Shown here in pieces: positions 12,483 through 24,933 of a stretch of DNA of 64,000 bases (positions are counted from its first letter, which is position 1; the number at the start of each line of letters is the position of its first letter). The notes beneath the pieces are model-generated. The model saw only the letters and a list, made by a program, of their open reading frames with translations. It did not search any database and was not told where the DNA came from. The stretch lies in NCBI GenBank assembly GCA_002269645.1, contig NIVC01000739.1, positions 131,903 to 195,902 of the forward strand, given 5' to 3'. Both the position numbers and the translations under genes were made by a program. Source of the stretch: Macrostomum lignano. Lineage: Eukaryota.

Positions 12483-12638
12483 GCGCAACCTTGGTATTCA
12501 CCCGGCCGTTTCTATTGGCAACACACACATGTAAGTCGCTATTGGCTGAGAGCAGTCACGTGACTACTATTCCGTCCAATAGCGACTTACATGTGTGTGT
12601 TGCCAATAGAAACGGCCGGGTGAATCCCTAGGTTGCGC
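12483..12638. repeat. Long inverted repeat/hairpin (perfect 50-bp arms, 30-nt loop)
   Basis: 12496-12545 is the exact reverse complement of 12576-12625; imperfect extension to 12483/12638; the loop contains GTCACGTGAC. Confidence 0.95.
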
Positions 12639-13072
12639 CCAAGCATGGGACTCGATGCGATCTAATCTGACAATAGTGTACAAGTGCCCATTTAAAAGAT
12701 AAGAAAGATTGGCAGGTATCGTCGTTTAATCTTCGAACTTTGAGTTTAAACCAAGAACAGGTCACAGAGGAAAAGCTTTATGCTTCTTGGGGTCTATGAC
12801 ATTTCGTCCAACGGATACCTTTGACCGAAAGGTTGAGGTGCAAGAAAGTAAACTTTCTCCAAATAAAATTTTACTCAAAGCTTGACTCGTTTTAAACTAG
12901 ATTGTCAAACAATGGAATTATTTTTGCAGAAAGTAGACAATTTTCAATTGTTTGAAGCATTTGAATTAAGAAAAAAACTTCCAAATCTTGTGCATGCTAA
13001 GCAACAGGTATATTCGAAGGTAGCCCTCATCATCTAGAATACAGTAATTTTTGTGGAGTCAGTCATCAGAAG

Positions 13073-16000
13073 ATGTCCTGTCCGTCAGCCTACGAATTTA
13101 TTCGACGCATAGGCAAAGGCGCTTTCGGCAATGCCACACTAATTCGACGAAAATCAGATGGCTGTCAATGCGTTTTAAAAGAGATTTTGCTTAGCACTCT
13201 CAAAGACAAGCGCGAACAGAACTGGGCCCGTCAGGAGGTGCAATTGTTGCGCTCGTTTGAGCATCCCGGTATCGTTCGCTATTTTGATTCGTTTGTTCTG
13301 CCCACCTCACTGTGCATCGTTATGGAGTTTTGCGACGGGGGAGACTTGTGCGATCGAATTGACAATCAAAAAATGCCTTTTGCCGAAGAGTTAATAATGG
13401 ATTGGTTTGCTCAGCTCTGTCTGGCCTTGAAGTATATTCACGATAGGAGAATTATTCATAGGTATGCGATGCTAATGAATATAAGCGCTCTATATTTAAT
13501 GCATAGATACTATATTATCGAAGGACCAGAAGGATTGTCAGCAGCCTATCAAAGGACCAGAGGGGGTTGTCAGTGGCCTATCGAAGGACCTGAGGGGTTG
13601 TCAGCAGCCTATCGAAGGACCTGAGGGGGTTGTCAGCAGCCTATCGAAGGACCTGAGGGGGTTGTCAGTGGCCTATCGAAGGACCTGAGGGGTTGTCAGC
13701 AGCCTATCGAAGGACCTGAGGGGTTGTCAGCAGCCTATCGAAGGACCTGAGGGGGTTGTCAGTGGCCTATCGAAGGACCTGAGGGGGTTGTCAGCAGCCT
13801 ATCGAAGGACCAGAGGGGGTTGTCAGCAGCCTATCGAAGGACCAGAGGGGGTTGTCAGTGGCCTATCGAAGGACCTGAGGGGGTTGTCAGCAGCCTATCG
13901 AAGGACCTGAGGGGTTGTCAGCAGCCTATCGAAGGACCTGAGGGGGTTGTCAGCAGCCTATCGAAGGACCTGAGGGGGTTGTCAGCAGCCTATCGAAGGA
14001 CCAGAGGGGGTTGTCAGCAGCCTATCGAAGGACCAGAGGGGGTTGTCAGAAGCCTATCGAAGGACCAGAGGGGGTTGTCAGCAGCCTATCGAAGGACCTG
14101 AGGGGGTTGTCAGCAGCCTATCGAAGGACCAGAGGGGGTTGTCAGAAGCCTATCGAAGGACCAGAGGGGGTTGTCAGCAGCCTATCGAAGGACCTGAGGG
14201 GTTGTCAGCAGCCTATCGAAGGACCTGAGGGGGTTGTCAGAAGCCTATCGAAGGACCTGAGGGTTTGTCAGTGGCCTATCGAAGGACCAGAGGGGGTTGC
14301 CAGCGGCCTATCGAAGGACCAGAAAGGGTTGTCAGTGGCCTATCAAAGGACCAGAGGGGGTTGCCAGCGGCCTATCGAAGGACCAGAAAGGGTTGTCAGT
14401 GGCCTATCGAAGGACCAGAGGGGGCTGTTAGCAGCCTATCGAAGGACCAGAGGGGGCTGTCAGTGGCCTATCGAAGGACCTGAGGGTTTGTCAGTGGCCT
14501 ATCAAAGGACCAGAGGGGGTTGCCAGCGGCCTATCGAAGGACCAGAAAGGGTTGTCAGTGGCCTATCGAAGGACCAGAGGGGGTCGTCACCGGATTTTTT
14601 AAGAAATGGAGACAAACTTATAGTGTATAACTATTTTACGAGTAAAATGACTATTAAAGTCAATGATAAACTTAACACTAATCTATCAACAGGGACATCA
14701 AACCGAAGAACATATTCCTGATGCGCAATGGAAAGGTTATTAAGCTAGGCGATTTTGGCGTTGCAAAAACTCTGGATTTTACTCAGCAACTTGCCGTAAC
14801 AGGCATTGGCACGGCTAATTATTTGAGTCCTGAGATTGTGAAGGGAGAGGCCTACAATAACAAGACTGATATCTGGTCCATGGGCTGCGTCCTGTACGAG
14901 TTGCTGGCTCTGAGAATTGCATTCTGTGCCAGAAATGTCAAGACGCTCTACATGAATATTAAATTGGGAGCATTGTCGCCTTTGCCAACAAAATACAGTG
15001 CGGAATTGCGCGCGATCTGCACCGCTATGCTGAGGAAGAATCCCAAGTGAGTGAAATACGTTTAAGTTCATTTTTTGCTACTGACAGTAGCATAATTTAT
15101 TGCTGCCCTTAACTTGTCTCCATTTGTGATGACATACACGCATTTTATATGTAGACTGTGTGTACAGTTTCTGTACTGCAGGAAAGTCCACGGAAATTCC
15201 ATGGAGCTCAGAAGACCAACTTAAGCGCCTCTGTATGTACATGTACACAGTAATTTAACTTGCTCTAAATAACTTTCACTTGTTTTTTTTTATTGCAGAG
15301 ATCGTCCAGGAGTTGGAGCTCTGCTAAAGAGAGACTGCTTGCGCCCGGCACTGCTCAAGACAGTGTCCGCAGATGTGAGATGGTTATTGGGATCAGTATG
15401 GATTTGGGATGTGGGATTTTTGGGATCAGTATAGATTTGGGATTATTGGGATCAATATAGGTTTTGGGATTTTTGGGATCAGTATAGGTTCAGAGATTAG
15501 TATAGATTTAGGATTATTGGAAATATTGCATTCGTCATTGCTTCTCCAGGAGCTCGCCCAGCTTCAGCTGAAACCGGCGCCTCAAGCTTCGCCTTCGCCG
15601 TCGCCTTCGCCGTCTCCTTCGCCGAGACCAAAGACTCCAATAGCCGCCGGTGGTGCCGCCCAGAAGCGAGTGCCGCCAATCAATGTTGGCAACAACAATC
15701 GCAAATCTCCGGCGGCTTCGCGAGCTGTCAATAATAGCCGGATTGCCGGGGCCGCCTCGCCCAGGCCGGGCACACCTGGCCGGGTGCAAACCCCAGGTCG
15801 CGTCGGTGTCGGTGGCGCCAGAGGTCCAACGGCGCAGTCCCGACAAAACGACGCCCGTCGCCGGGAAGCGGAACGCGCCGCCGCAATTCGCAAAGCCTAC
15901 GAGGTGAAAAAGCGACCGTCCCCGGCGGCCAGCCCATTGTTGAAGCAGCAACAGCAGCGCAGCAAAGCCGTGCAGAACAGAGAGATGGAGCGTCTGTCTA

Positions 16001-19000
16001 AAAAGCGCCAAGAATTGGAGGAGAAGCGGCAGCACACTTATCGGCAAGAGGGCTGGGTTAATGTGCTGTCGCCTCGGTCGCCGGCCGAGCCGACGCCCCA
16101 GCAACGGTTGCAGCAGAAGCAGCAAACACCTGCTGCTGCAGCGGCCGCCGTTTCTGCCGCTGGAGAGGCCGCCGCGGCTGGTCGCAACGCCGCAGCCGCT
16201 GGTCGCCAGGCGGCTAATCAAGCCCAGAAACTGCTGGACAATTTCTGGGAGAGAAAAAAGCAGCAGAAGGCTGGCGGCGGCGCGGCTGCTGGCATTGTTG
16301 CCGCGGCCGCTGCTGAGGTGGCGGAGGCTACTCGTGAGTCAGCGTTCTGCTGTTACTACTGTTAAAACTTTAGGTACTTTCAGGTACTCTAGGGTGCTCA
16401 GAGCCAAGCATTCTGGGGGGGGGGTTGGGTAAGCGGTGCCAGTATTCTAGGGGTGGGGTAAGCGGTGCCAGTATTCTAGGGGTGGGTAAGCGGTGCCAGT
16501 ATTCTAGGGGTGGGGTAAGCGGTGCCAGTATTCTAGGGGTGGGTAAGCGGTGCCAGTATTCTAGGGGTGGATAAGCGGTGCCAGTATTCTAGGGGTGGAT
16601 AAGCGGTGTCAGTATTCTAGGGGTGGATAAGCGGTGCCAGTATTCTAGGGGTGGATAAGCGGTGCCAGTATTCTAGGGGTGGATAAGCGGTGCCAGTATT
16701 CTAGGGGTGGATAAAGCGGTGCCAGTATTCTAGGGGTGGGTTAAGCGGTGCCAGTATTCTAGGGGTGGGTAAGCGGTGCCAGTATTCTAGGGGTGGGTAA
16801 GCGGTGCCAGTATTCTAGGGGTGGAGTAAGCGGTGCCAGTATTCTAGGGGTGGGTAAGCGGTGCCAGTATTATATATAGTTATGATAATAACCCAATATT
16901 TTCAATCGATCGAATCAATTTAGCTCGCAAGCCAGCAGCAGCCAATAAGCCGCGGCAGCCGCCGCCGCCTCCGCCGCCGCTGTCGCAGGTGCTGCAGGAG
17001 GTGCAAGGCCCCATACAGAAAGTGAAGCTTCAGCCGCAATCGAACGATAGTAGTACTAATAGTAATGATGAAGCTAAATCTGCAGCTTCCACTACAAATT
17101 CTTCGGCAGACGAGAGGCGTCTGCGTAAGGAGCTCATAGCTGGGAAGCGAGCAGCCGCCGCCGCTAACGCTTGGGAAGGCCGGGTAATGAACGCGAAGCA
17201 CCTGGAACAGTTGCCGTTGCAGCCGGACTCGGCAACTCTGCCGCCTAGCGACACGTTGATTGTGGCCGAGGAACTGCCGTCTCCTACAGGGAATAATGGT
17301 GACGATAAGCCGTTAACTGTGGCCGCTCGTCGCGAGGCCTGGGAGAATAAGAAACCGGGATCTACTCTGCTGCGCCGCCTGGGCAATGCTCCTCTGTTGG
17401 CTGGAACTGCCGAGTTTGATAGTGAGTTTGTACACACCCTCAACCAATTACCCCATCTAATGCTGGCACCCATTTTTACAGCTGGGTGAACTGAAGTACA
17501 GCAATTGTTCCAAATGGAATCGGGAATCGAACCCCCGACCTTCAAGTCGTGAGTCCGGACGCTCCAACCACTCGGCTACAAGCCCCTGAAACTTAGCAAA
17601 CCAAAAAGTCCTTTGTCTATCGTTTTTGTTGCTTTAAAAGTGCTCAAGGACACAAATTGTTCCGAGATGGTCGAGAATCGAACCCCCGACCTTTTAGTCT
17701 TTTAGCATTCCACTTAACTCTGCATGGCTTCAGTTCAGTTTAAAGCCGGATTTTTAAATGATTTTTTAGATTTTTTAAATGATTTTTAAATCCGGCTTTT
17801 CAAGCTTCCAGATGCTTCCAAATCCCCCATGCTGTTGATGATTTTATTTGGCCAACCATATTATTAGAAAGTGCCTATCACCAACCTGTAGTTCATTCAT
17901 TAATTTGGGGCTTGTGAACACAATTTTTTTTTATTAGAGGCAGGGGGGTTGTGTGCACCCTAGCGCACTTTAAGCGACATAGGCACACAACCGGTGAGAG
18001 GCATTGCTGCCCGTTCCGCCGACTCCCCTGAGCAGGCATACAAGCGCGCGGATACGTACGCAGTCATACGCACAGGCACACACTCACACAGGAGTGTACA
18101 CAGCGGATCGAACTTTATTTATCGTTAGCCATGTACACTTCACTGTGCTTTGGGGGTTGGCCCTCAAGGCCGTTAATTGCACGAGCAGAGCCAAGCTGAG
18201 ATTCCAATTCAGCCCCAAATTAATGTGACTGCACTTGGAATCGAGCCTGGGTCGCTGGCACACCAGAGCAGCTGCGCTACCGCTGGGCTACGCCCCCCTA
18301 CACAAAAATTTAGCGGAAGGTGGTCGTGCGATTCACGCCCATGATACCCACCCTACATTCCCGTACACAGCCGCCGATCAGCAGGAGCGGGAGGTGCGCC
18401 AGAGCATGTTTGAGACGCTGAAGCAGCTTGAGCTGGAGGATGATGACGCCAATGAGCTGCTGGGCTCTCTGGTTGCCGAAGGTCCAGCCGCTCTGGAAAA
18501 TGCAGCAGACGTCGCGGCTAATAGGCGCAAGCCCACCCCGGAGGAGCTGTGGGAAGTGATTCACGGTTTCCGGGCTATGCTAGAAGAGAAGAAGCAGCAA
18601 CAGCAGCAGCAGCCGAAGCGGCAGCAGGCCAGCGCTCTGGTGCGAGCCAGCTCGATTCCCGATGGCCTCTGCAGCTTGCAGCAATTTAAGCAGCCACAGC
18701 AGCAGCAACAAAAATCTGCTGACAACGCCAAAAAAGAGGACGACGACGTATTCGATCAGGCCAACGAATATTTGAGCGTCAGGTTGTGCAAACGCGGCAA
18801 ATCAGTCGGCGAAGGTCTGGACGAACTCGACGAAAATGACAACGACGAAGATAGCGAGATGGACGAAATTCACCGTTCAATAGGCGACGCGCTCGGCAAG
18901 GCGGCGGCTTTGTCGCCGTCGCCCTCGCCGTCGCCTTCGCCCTCGCCGTCGATTGCCACCACGGAATGGGACGACGACGACGGCTTGCCGATGGATAACG

Positions 19001-19251
19001 ACGACGAAAACGAGACGTCGGTTGGCGATCCCGTAGTGCTGGCCGAACGACTTCGAGCGGAACTGGAATCGGAGATCGGGTTCACCAAACTGCTGCCGGC
19101 CTACGACTTGGCTGGACAGTTGGAACGCGACGACAATGTGACCGTCGACGAGACTGAACGGCGAGTTCGCGAGGCACTTGGGCCGCAGCATGCGGGCGTG
19201 TACGATAAACTGATGCGGCTGGTGCTGTACGACAATCAGGCTGATCAGTGA
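13073..19251 (+). CDS. NEK1: NIMA-related Ser/Thr kinase, NEK1-like (7 exons)
   Basis: Exons 13073-13461, 14693-15046, 15299-15374, 15550-16333, 16924-17421, 18371-19251 are six phase-compatible coding exons (a further small exon cannot be excluded). Motifs: IGKGAFG, HR/DIKPKN split by intron 1, DFG, YLSPE, DIWSMGC. The C-terminus LRAELESEIGF...LMRLVLYD resembles the NEK1 tail. Confidence 0.9.
13515..14585. repeat. 31-32-bp minisatellite in NEK1 intron 1
   Basis: Unit CCTATCGAAGGACCTGAGGGGGTTGTCAGCAG, >30 copies. Confidence 0.97.
16430..16870. repeat. 27-28-bp minisatellite in a NEK1 intron
   Basis: Unit TAAGCGGTGCCAGTATTCTAGGGGTGGG, ~16 copies. Confidence 0.97.
17431..17695 (-). mobile_element. 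SINE family A copy (17431-17584) plus partial copy (17641-17695) in a NEK1 intron
   Basis: Colinear with 3348-3524 (GCTGGCACCCATTTTACAGCTGGGTGAACTGAAG...GAATCGAAC...CCACTxGGCTAC). Confidence 0.75.
17959..18297 (-). mobile_element. tRNA-derived SINE, family B
   Basis: Minus-strand head GGCGTAGCCCAGCGG...GGCTCGATTCC (A/B boxes); the body matches 48560-48850 in the opposite orientation. Confidence 0.8.
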
Positions 19252-19409
19252 CGGCCTTACTGGCTATTCATGACCTTTTCATTCAGAATTTCCTGTTTAC
19301 TTGTTTCTTTAGCTTGGAGGCGTTTCTTTTATTGTGTTTAATGGGTTAAATTTTCATGTTTTCATCTGAATGAAAAGAACTGAAAATTCTGTGCATACAT
19401 ATCTCACAT

Positions 19410-19880
19410 TCCCATGCATACATATCTCTAGGGGTGAGATTTCTATGCATACATATCTCTAGGGGTGAGATTTCTATGCATACATATCTCTAGGGGTGAG
19501 ATTTCTTTCTATACATATCTCTAGGGGTGAGATTTCTATGCATACATATCTCTAGGGGTGAGATTTCTATGCATACATATCTCTAGGGGTGAGATTTCTA
19601 TGCATACATATCTTTAGGGGTGAGATTTCTTTGTATACATATCTCTAGGGGTGAGATTTCTATGCATACATATCTCTAGGGGTGAGATTTCTATGCATAC
19701 ATATCTCTAGGGGTGAGATTTCTATGCATACATATCTCTAGGGGTGAGATTTCTATGCATACATATCTCTAGGGGTGAGATTTCTATGCATACATATCTC
19801 TAGGGGTGAGATTTCTATGCATACATATCTCTAGGGGTAAGATTTCTATGCATACATATCTCTAGGGGTGAGATTTGTTG
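19410..19880. repeat. 31-bp minisatellite downstream of the NEK1 stop
   Basis: Unit CTATGCATACATATCTCTAGGGGTGAGATTT, ~15 copies. Confidence 0.97.
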
Positions 19881-20715
19881 TTTTAGAATTAAGATTTTAT
19901 AGTATAGTGTGAAATTCCGGGCCCTAAATTTATTGATAAGAAATCTTTTCATTCATGAATTCTACACAATTTCTGTGAATGAAAAAAAGTGGAAAACTTG
20001 ATGTCGTTGGATCAACTTGTCAGTCATAGGTGAGAAGTCGAATCGTTGCAAAATCAAAAAATGGCTGTTTTTTCTACAGCTGTTTCATTAACAGAATGTT
20101 ACGCCATAACTTCTCGTGTTGTAAATGCGACTTGCCATTAGCCATCCACATTTGGGAATTGCAACGTCTGCTTTAATCATATTCGAATATTTTATGATTT
20201 CTATGTGATTTTTTATAAACTATTCGTCTTTGAAAATTAATACTAGATAGCTATGGTACGAAGCCTCTACAATTTAGACCTTGTACTTTTTATTCTTCTC
20301 TTTGGTCTAATTATGAATTCGCTAATCTGCTTGGCTACGTTTCTACGTTTATTTAGTTCTTGAGAAACATTCCGTCCTGTTTATTTTGCTGTGATAACTT
20401 TTACTTTTCTTATTGACAAGATCGCACTCTATTTATAGTAGATGTCTGTTTTATGTGTGCAAAAAACTTCACTTGTTTTATATAGGTTTGCGTGTTCGAA
20501 TTGCACTACTTACCATTGCTGCTGTAGCGTTTGTTTTCATCTTATACAGAAATAAACTTTGCTATCAGCTAGCATGTCTTATTTATATTTTTACGGTGAA
20601 GTTGCCGTCGGTCTTGAAGTTAATTTCACTAGATTAAATTCACATAGTTCACTGTAGGTTAGTTTGAATATAATGTAGCAAATAGCCTGGAAAGTTTATC
20701 ACAGATCTCTATCTG

Positions 20716-21246
20716 CGAGAGGTGTCCGGAGAGTTCTGGCACTTTTAATCACAGAGCAAGAACAGTAGCAGCCGCAAGCACAACTTTGGCGTACATTTTA
20801 AAGCGGCACATCTCTTCTTACCTATGAATTTAGTCGCATTTATTTTAGTCATTTCATTCAAAAGTAATGTACCATGCACCATTATGAGTGTGCAATCGAA
20901 AAAAGGGCCAAAGGCACGGAATGCTCAAGCGATGAGTAGTGGGTTGCTACAGGTGAAGACTATGTTGAGAAGGCTGCCTTGAAGGTTGATGATGAATGAC
21001 TACAATTCGTTTCTTTGAGGACAAATTATCGCCTTTTATATTTTTTAAACTTTTACTGTAAGACTGTCGGTGGCATTGGGATGGTTTTTCACACACAACT
21101 TTTAAATGAAATGATTAAAATGCACGCGGCTGAATTCATTGGAAAGAAGAGATGTGCTGCTTTAAAATGACACCAACGTTGTGCTTGCGGCTGCTACTGT
21201 TTTTGCTCTGGGGTTAAAAGTGTCAAAACTTTCCGGACACCCCTCG
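20716..21246. mobile_element. Tc1/mariner-derived MITE with long (~150-bp) diverged TIRs
   Basis: The right end reads TA|CGAGGGGTGTCCGGAAAG on the minus strand, a mariner-type terminus; the left arm matches over ~150 bp with many mismatches; TA on the right, TG (decayed TA) on the left. Confidence 0.75.
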
Positions 21247-21268
21247 TAGTCTACATACTGTAAAAAAC

Positions 21269-21567
21269 CATACATGCGCAACAGTCGGCCGAGTCGGCCG
21301 ATCCGGCCGACCGATTTGGCGGCCAACCAAGGAAGTCGCAAAAATGCCCACCCGAAAACGCCCACTACGTAGTATTAGTACTAAGTAGCTGACGAGGCAT
21401 TTTGACTTAATAAGACAGTCATAGTTACTCTTGCCGTTTACCCAAAGTTGCGTTAATTTTTCGTTGTTTTTTTTACATGTAAGTCGCATTTTTGGCCAAA
21501 AACTTCGTCGCATTTTGTTAAAACTAAGTCGCAAGGCCGACCGAATTTTGGAGGTTGCGCATGTATG
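21269..21567. mobile_element. 299-bp MITE, hAT-like
   Basis: Perfect 14-bp TIR CATACATGCGCAAC; exact 8-bp TSD TAAAAAAC (21261-21268, 21568-21575). Confidence 0.85.
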
Positions 21568-22380
21568 TAAAAAACCATCTGTAAATTTTATTTGTGTCGA
21601 AAACTGCATTCGATTCGAGCACTGGGTACAGGAGCCATCATAACCCTTAAAAATATCTGATAAGCAGAAATACGCTCGTATGCTTTGCTCTCAGGCAAAT
21701 AAAGCATCTTCTGGATCATATTACGCTAGTAAAAGCAACCTGTCTATTCCCAATGGCTATATTTCCTGTGCTCAGTGCTTGAATATCGAATGTAGTTACT
21801 TAACAGAAAAAAATAACCAGTGTTTTCTTTCGGTATGCAGCGTTGACTAGAGATCGGCGCTATAACTGTAGCTGAGTAAACTTGCTCAATAGTTTATTAT
21901 AGTTGCTCTCCTGTGTGTACGATGCTGTAATTTGATCATGCATGCATACTGTCTTCTTGTGTCTACTCTGCTCAGACAATCTAGTTAGCTAGTTTTATTG
22001 ATCCACTGGAATCCCGTGTTTGAATCTCTTTTAATCCTGTTTGTCGTATTACCGTAGTTTGCCTTCTGTGTTATGTCCCGAAGCAGCTCTCATCCAAGTT
22101 GGCTTACCGGGTCTGTCTTTAAACATCTGTCATGCTTCAGTGAAACCATGACAGCGAACACCCGTCAGCCTTTGATTGTAATAGGGCTTTGTACTTTTTC
22201 GGGGAAGGACAGGAAGGAAACAGTCAGATGGAGCGGGTTTTAAAAACTCATCTTCGTCTCTCCTATTGGTCTGCATTTCATTCCGTGCTTCACTAATCCC
22301 ACTGTCTTTCCTATATGGTAAGTGCAGGAAAATGTACCCGCATAAGTTACACTGAATTCAATCTGTTTTGCTGCATTGAA

Positions 22381-23769
22381 ATGAATACAGCTAGAGGCGT
22401 TGCCAACAATGAAGAAGAGTCCGATACAGCTTCCTTAGCTTCGTCGAGCTCTTTGACGGATATTACTGGATTGACAAATCGACTGCTCGGTCCTTCGGCA
22501 ACCTATCCTCCTGACGCTGGCATCTACGCTGAATGTCGTTTGCTTGCTCCTTCGGTTGCCTGTTTGGCCACTGCTAATCAGAAAGCTTGTAGTGACCTTG
22601 GAAATGACAGCAATGATGCTAGTAACGATTCCGAAGACGGTAGTGGCTGGTTAGTACCACCTTCATCAGATTCTTTGCTATCGTCATCGGAAGCTGTGGC
22701 ATCGAATTCGGCTTCATCATCAATGCCACCGTCGCGACTTGATGGCAAAGCCGCTCGCGAGGCTCTTCAACGCTACGTAGCAGATCGGCACGGTGTGCGG
22801 GGCCCCGACTGTCTGTGCGGCGCTGGCCGAGCCGCTGCGGCCATGGAATTGCGCGGCCTGCACCACGGCTGCTCAGTGGCCTATCGTTGCGAACTGCTAG
22901 TCGAGCGTCGTCGACTTCAATGGCGCTGTTTGCCGTATACTGATGAAGATGGTTCAAAACGTCAAGTAGTGTTAGACGCGGATGGTAGTCCAGCACCACC
23001 GGAATCGCCATGGGATATTGTTGTACCAGGCGGCGAACTTGACGACGAACGGTTGAAGCACTGGCTAGAAGGCAAAGCTACTGTTGCCGTGCCGGGCACG
23101 GAATCGATTCGTTCTTGCGGCTACTGTCGCGGTCGAGGTCGCATTCGATGCAGCGATTGTCGCTCGGGCGGTAAACCGCCTCAACCTTGTCCAGCTTGCG
23201 GTAGCGACAGTAAAAAGAAACCATCGACTGATGACAGCGCTTTCTGTAGTTTCTGCGGCGGTACTACCGGATTTTTACGCTGCAGTCGATGCAGCTCGAA
23301 TGGAACCTACGTCTGTCCATTGTGCGAGGGTCGGCGTCGCTTAGTTTGGTACCTAGAGTTGTACGTCGTTTGGCAGCGTCGAGGTGAGACTCGCTTAGCC
23401 GAAGCTTCAATAGTGATTGACGATCCGCAGTTTCTTGGCTTGCGCTTGAGCCAATTCGGCTCGGAGATTTATCGCGACGAGGCGCGTAGGCTGGCTCCGT
23501 TGACGCCGGATCGATGCGCCGACGATAGGGCGCGCAGATTCTCGCGCGAATTGCTCCCGGCACTATTGCAGCATCAATCGGCGCTAGGGCGCGTCTTAGC
23601 TATGCGGCATAGTGTGTCAGCGTCTTCGGTTACAGCCGTGGACTGGGAGCTGTCTGGTAGGCTGTCTGGTTTCCCGATTATCCTGGGCGAGTGTGCCAGA
23701 TTCTCTGAGGCTGTGTCGTTTGCGGAATCTATTGTCAAATGTGGAAGATTCAACGCATTCTACTTTTAA
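22381..23769 (+). CDS. SSUH2: SSUH2 homolog (DnaJ-type CxxCxGxG zinc fingers); C-terminus apparently frameshifted
   Basis: PWDI, VPGTESIRSCGYCRGRG, repeated CxxC, LVWYLELYVVW and RVLAMRHSV..VTAV match the SSUH2 layout. The expected DYP...CaaX end lies in the -1 frame (23661-23708). Confidence 0.82.
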   Translation: MNTARGVANNEEESDTASLASSSSLTDITGLTNRLLGPSATYPPDAGIYAECRLLAPSVACLATANQKACSDLGNDSNDASNDSEDGSGWLVPPSSDSLLSSSEAVASNSASSSMPPSRLDGKAAREALQRYVADRHGVRGPDCLCGAGRAAAAMELRGLHHGCSVAYRCELLVERRRLQWRCLPYTDEDGSKRQVVLDADGSPAPPESPWDIVVPGGELDDERLKHWLEGKATVAVPGTESIRSCGYCRGRGRIRCSDCRSGGKPPQPCPACGSDSKKKPSTDDSAFCSFCGGTTGFLRCSRCSSNGTYVCPLCEGRRRLVWYLELYVVWQRRGETRLAEASIVIDDPQFLGLRLSQFGSEIYRDEARRLAPLTPDRCADDRARRFSRELLPALLQHQSALGRVLAMRHSVSASSVTAVDWELSGRLSGFPIILGECARFSEAVSFAESIVKCGRFNAFYF

Positions 23770-24933
23770 ATCCTTTATGCGCGAGCTTCGAATAGCTTCT
23801 ATAATCTTATAGAATTTGACCTGCCGCTAAATTTCTTTTGGTCTACGGCCAACAGTCAAAAATCGTCCTTTAACAGCTCATTAAGAACCGCCACCTCCCA
23901 TAAGCTGTTGCTACTAGCAATTCCGTCATAAAATCCTTAACAAAGACAGACAGACTTTTTAGGCATATTGTACTAACCTGCATTGTGCCAGTCTAATCAT
24001 AATTTTGTTTGTTTGTTTCGACGTTGTGTTATCTACTCACCTGCTTATGATTTCATCAGTTTTCTTAAGGTTAACTGCCTCCTTTGGCAGTATTGGCTTG
24101 TCCTTTCTACCTGCTTGATATCATATTTCTTGGTATATGTTTCAGTCACATGTTGAGTAAATATAAATACTGAAATCGTTATCGAACTACACTGTCTATT
24201 GGGTACATTATCTGCCTATTTGTTTCTTATTTGGCTTCCTTTTGAGCTCGATTTTATGTCAAATTACTTTGACGTTTTATATGGTTACTAGAGTACGATT
24301 TAGCAGCCTTGAATTTGTCCCGATTACTAAATATACTCTAAAGGATTGTGTTGTTAGCTCTGTCTCCCAGGTGGAGTGAATAGAATTGGCTGATATTTCT
24401 GTCTTTTACGAGCTAGCTCCATTTTCCAGCGTAGATAAAAGCTTTTTTGTACTTTAACGAACGATTGACACCAGTATCTTCTAGACAAAATTTCTTGCTG
24501 CTTTTGCAGACAATTTCTGCTTCTTGCAAAATCGATTCGTTCATTCGTTGGTAACTTCTAGCAGCACATTCTTTTATCTTTTCTATTCCTGATTTAGTAA
24601 TTGCTCGTAAATAATTATGTTATTGAAATGGTTGACCCCATTATGGGAAATTTGCTTCTATTTAGGAAGCCAAAAATCCAAGATGTGACGGAATCTAATT
24701 GAATCGTAATAAAGATCTATCCTATGTGTGCTATCCTCCTGTAGAATTGGGGAAATTTAGTAAACACAGTATGTTTCTCGTCAGTTTCTACAACTGCTTA
24801 ATCTCAACCTATCTGATGCCTTTTTATCTCGGTCTGTCCATTTTAAACTAACTGACGGTTATCCATACACATCAATTTATAAACACCTCATTTCAATTTC
24901 CAACACCTTAAAAACCCAGCCCTACACCAAAAC

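Noticed and set aside
13820-14721. ORFs in the NEK1 intron 1 repeat
   Set aside because: Translations of the minisatellite; the kinase HRD motif is restored only by splicing the region out.
17742-17800. 12-bp inverted repeat AAAGCCGGATTT
   Set aside because: Short, AT-rich spacer, no TSD; could be chance or a tiny relic.
18235-18370. N-terminal part of ORF 18235-19251
   Set aside because: SINE-derived and intronic; the real exon begins at the acceptor at 18371.
13515-19880. Regular arrays as CRISPR loci
   Set aside because: Units abut with no unique spacers, there are no cas genes, and the context is eukaryotic introns. The same applies to all other arrays in the window.
22315-22380. Upstream ATG extension of SSUH2
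   Set aside because: Looks non-coding or intron-like; ATG 22381 is preferred, but this is not proven.
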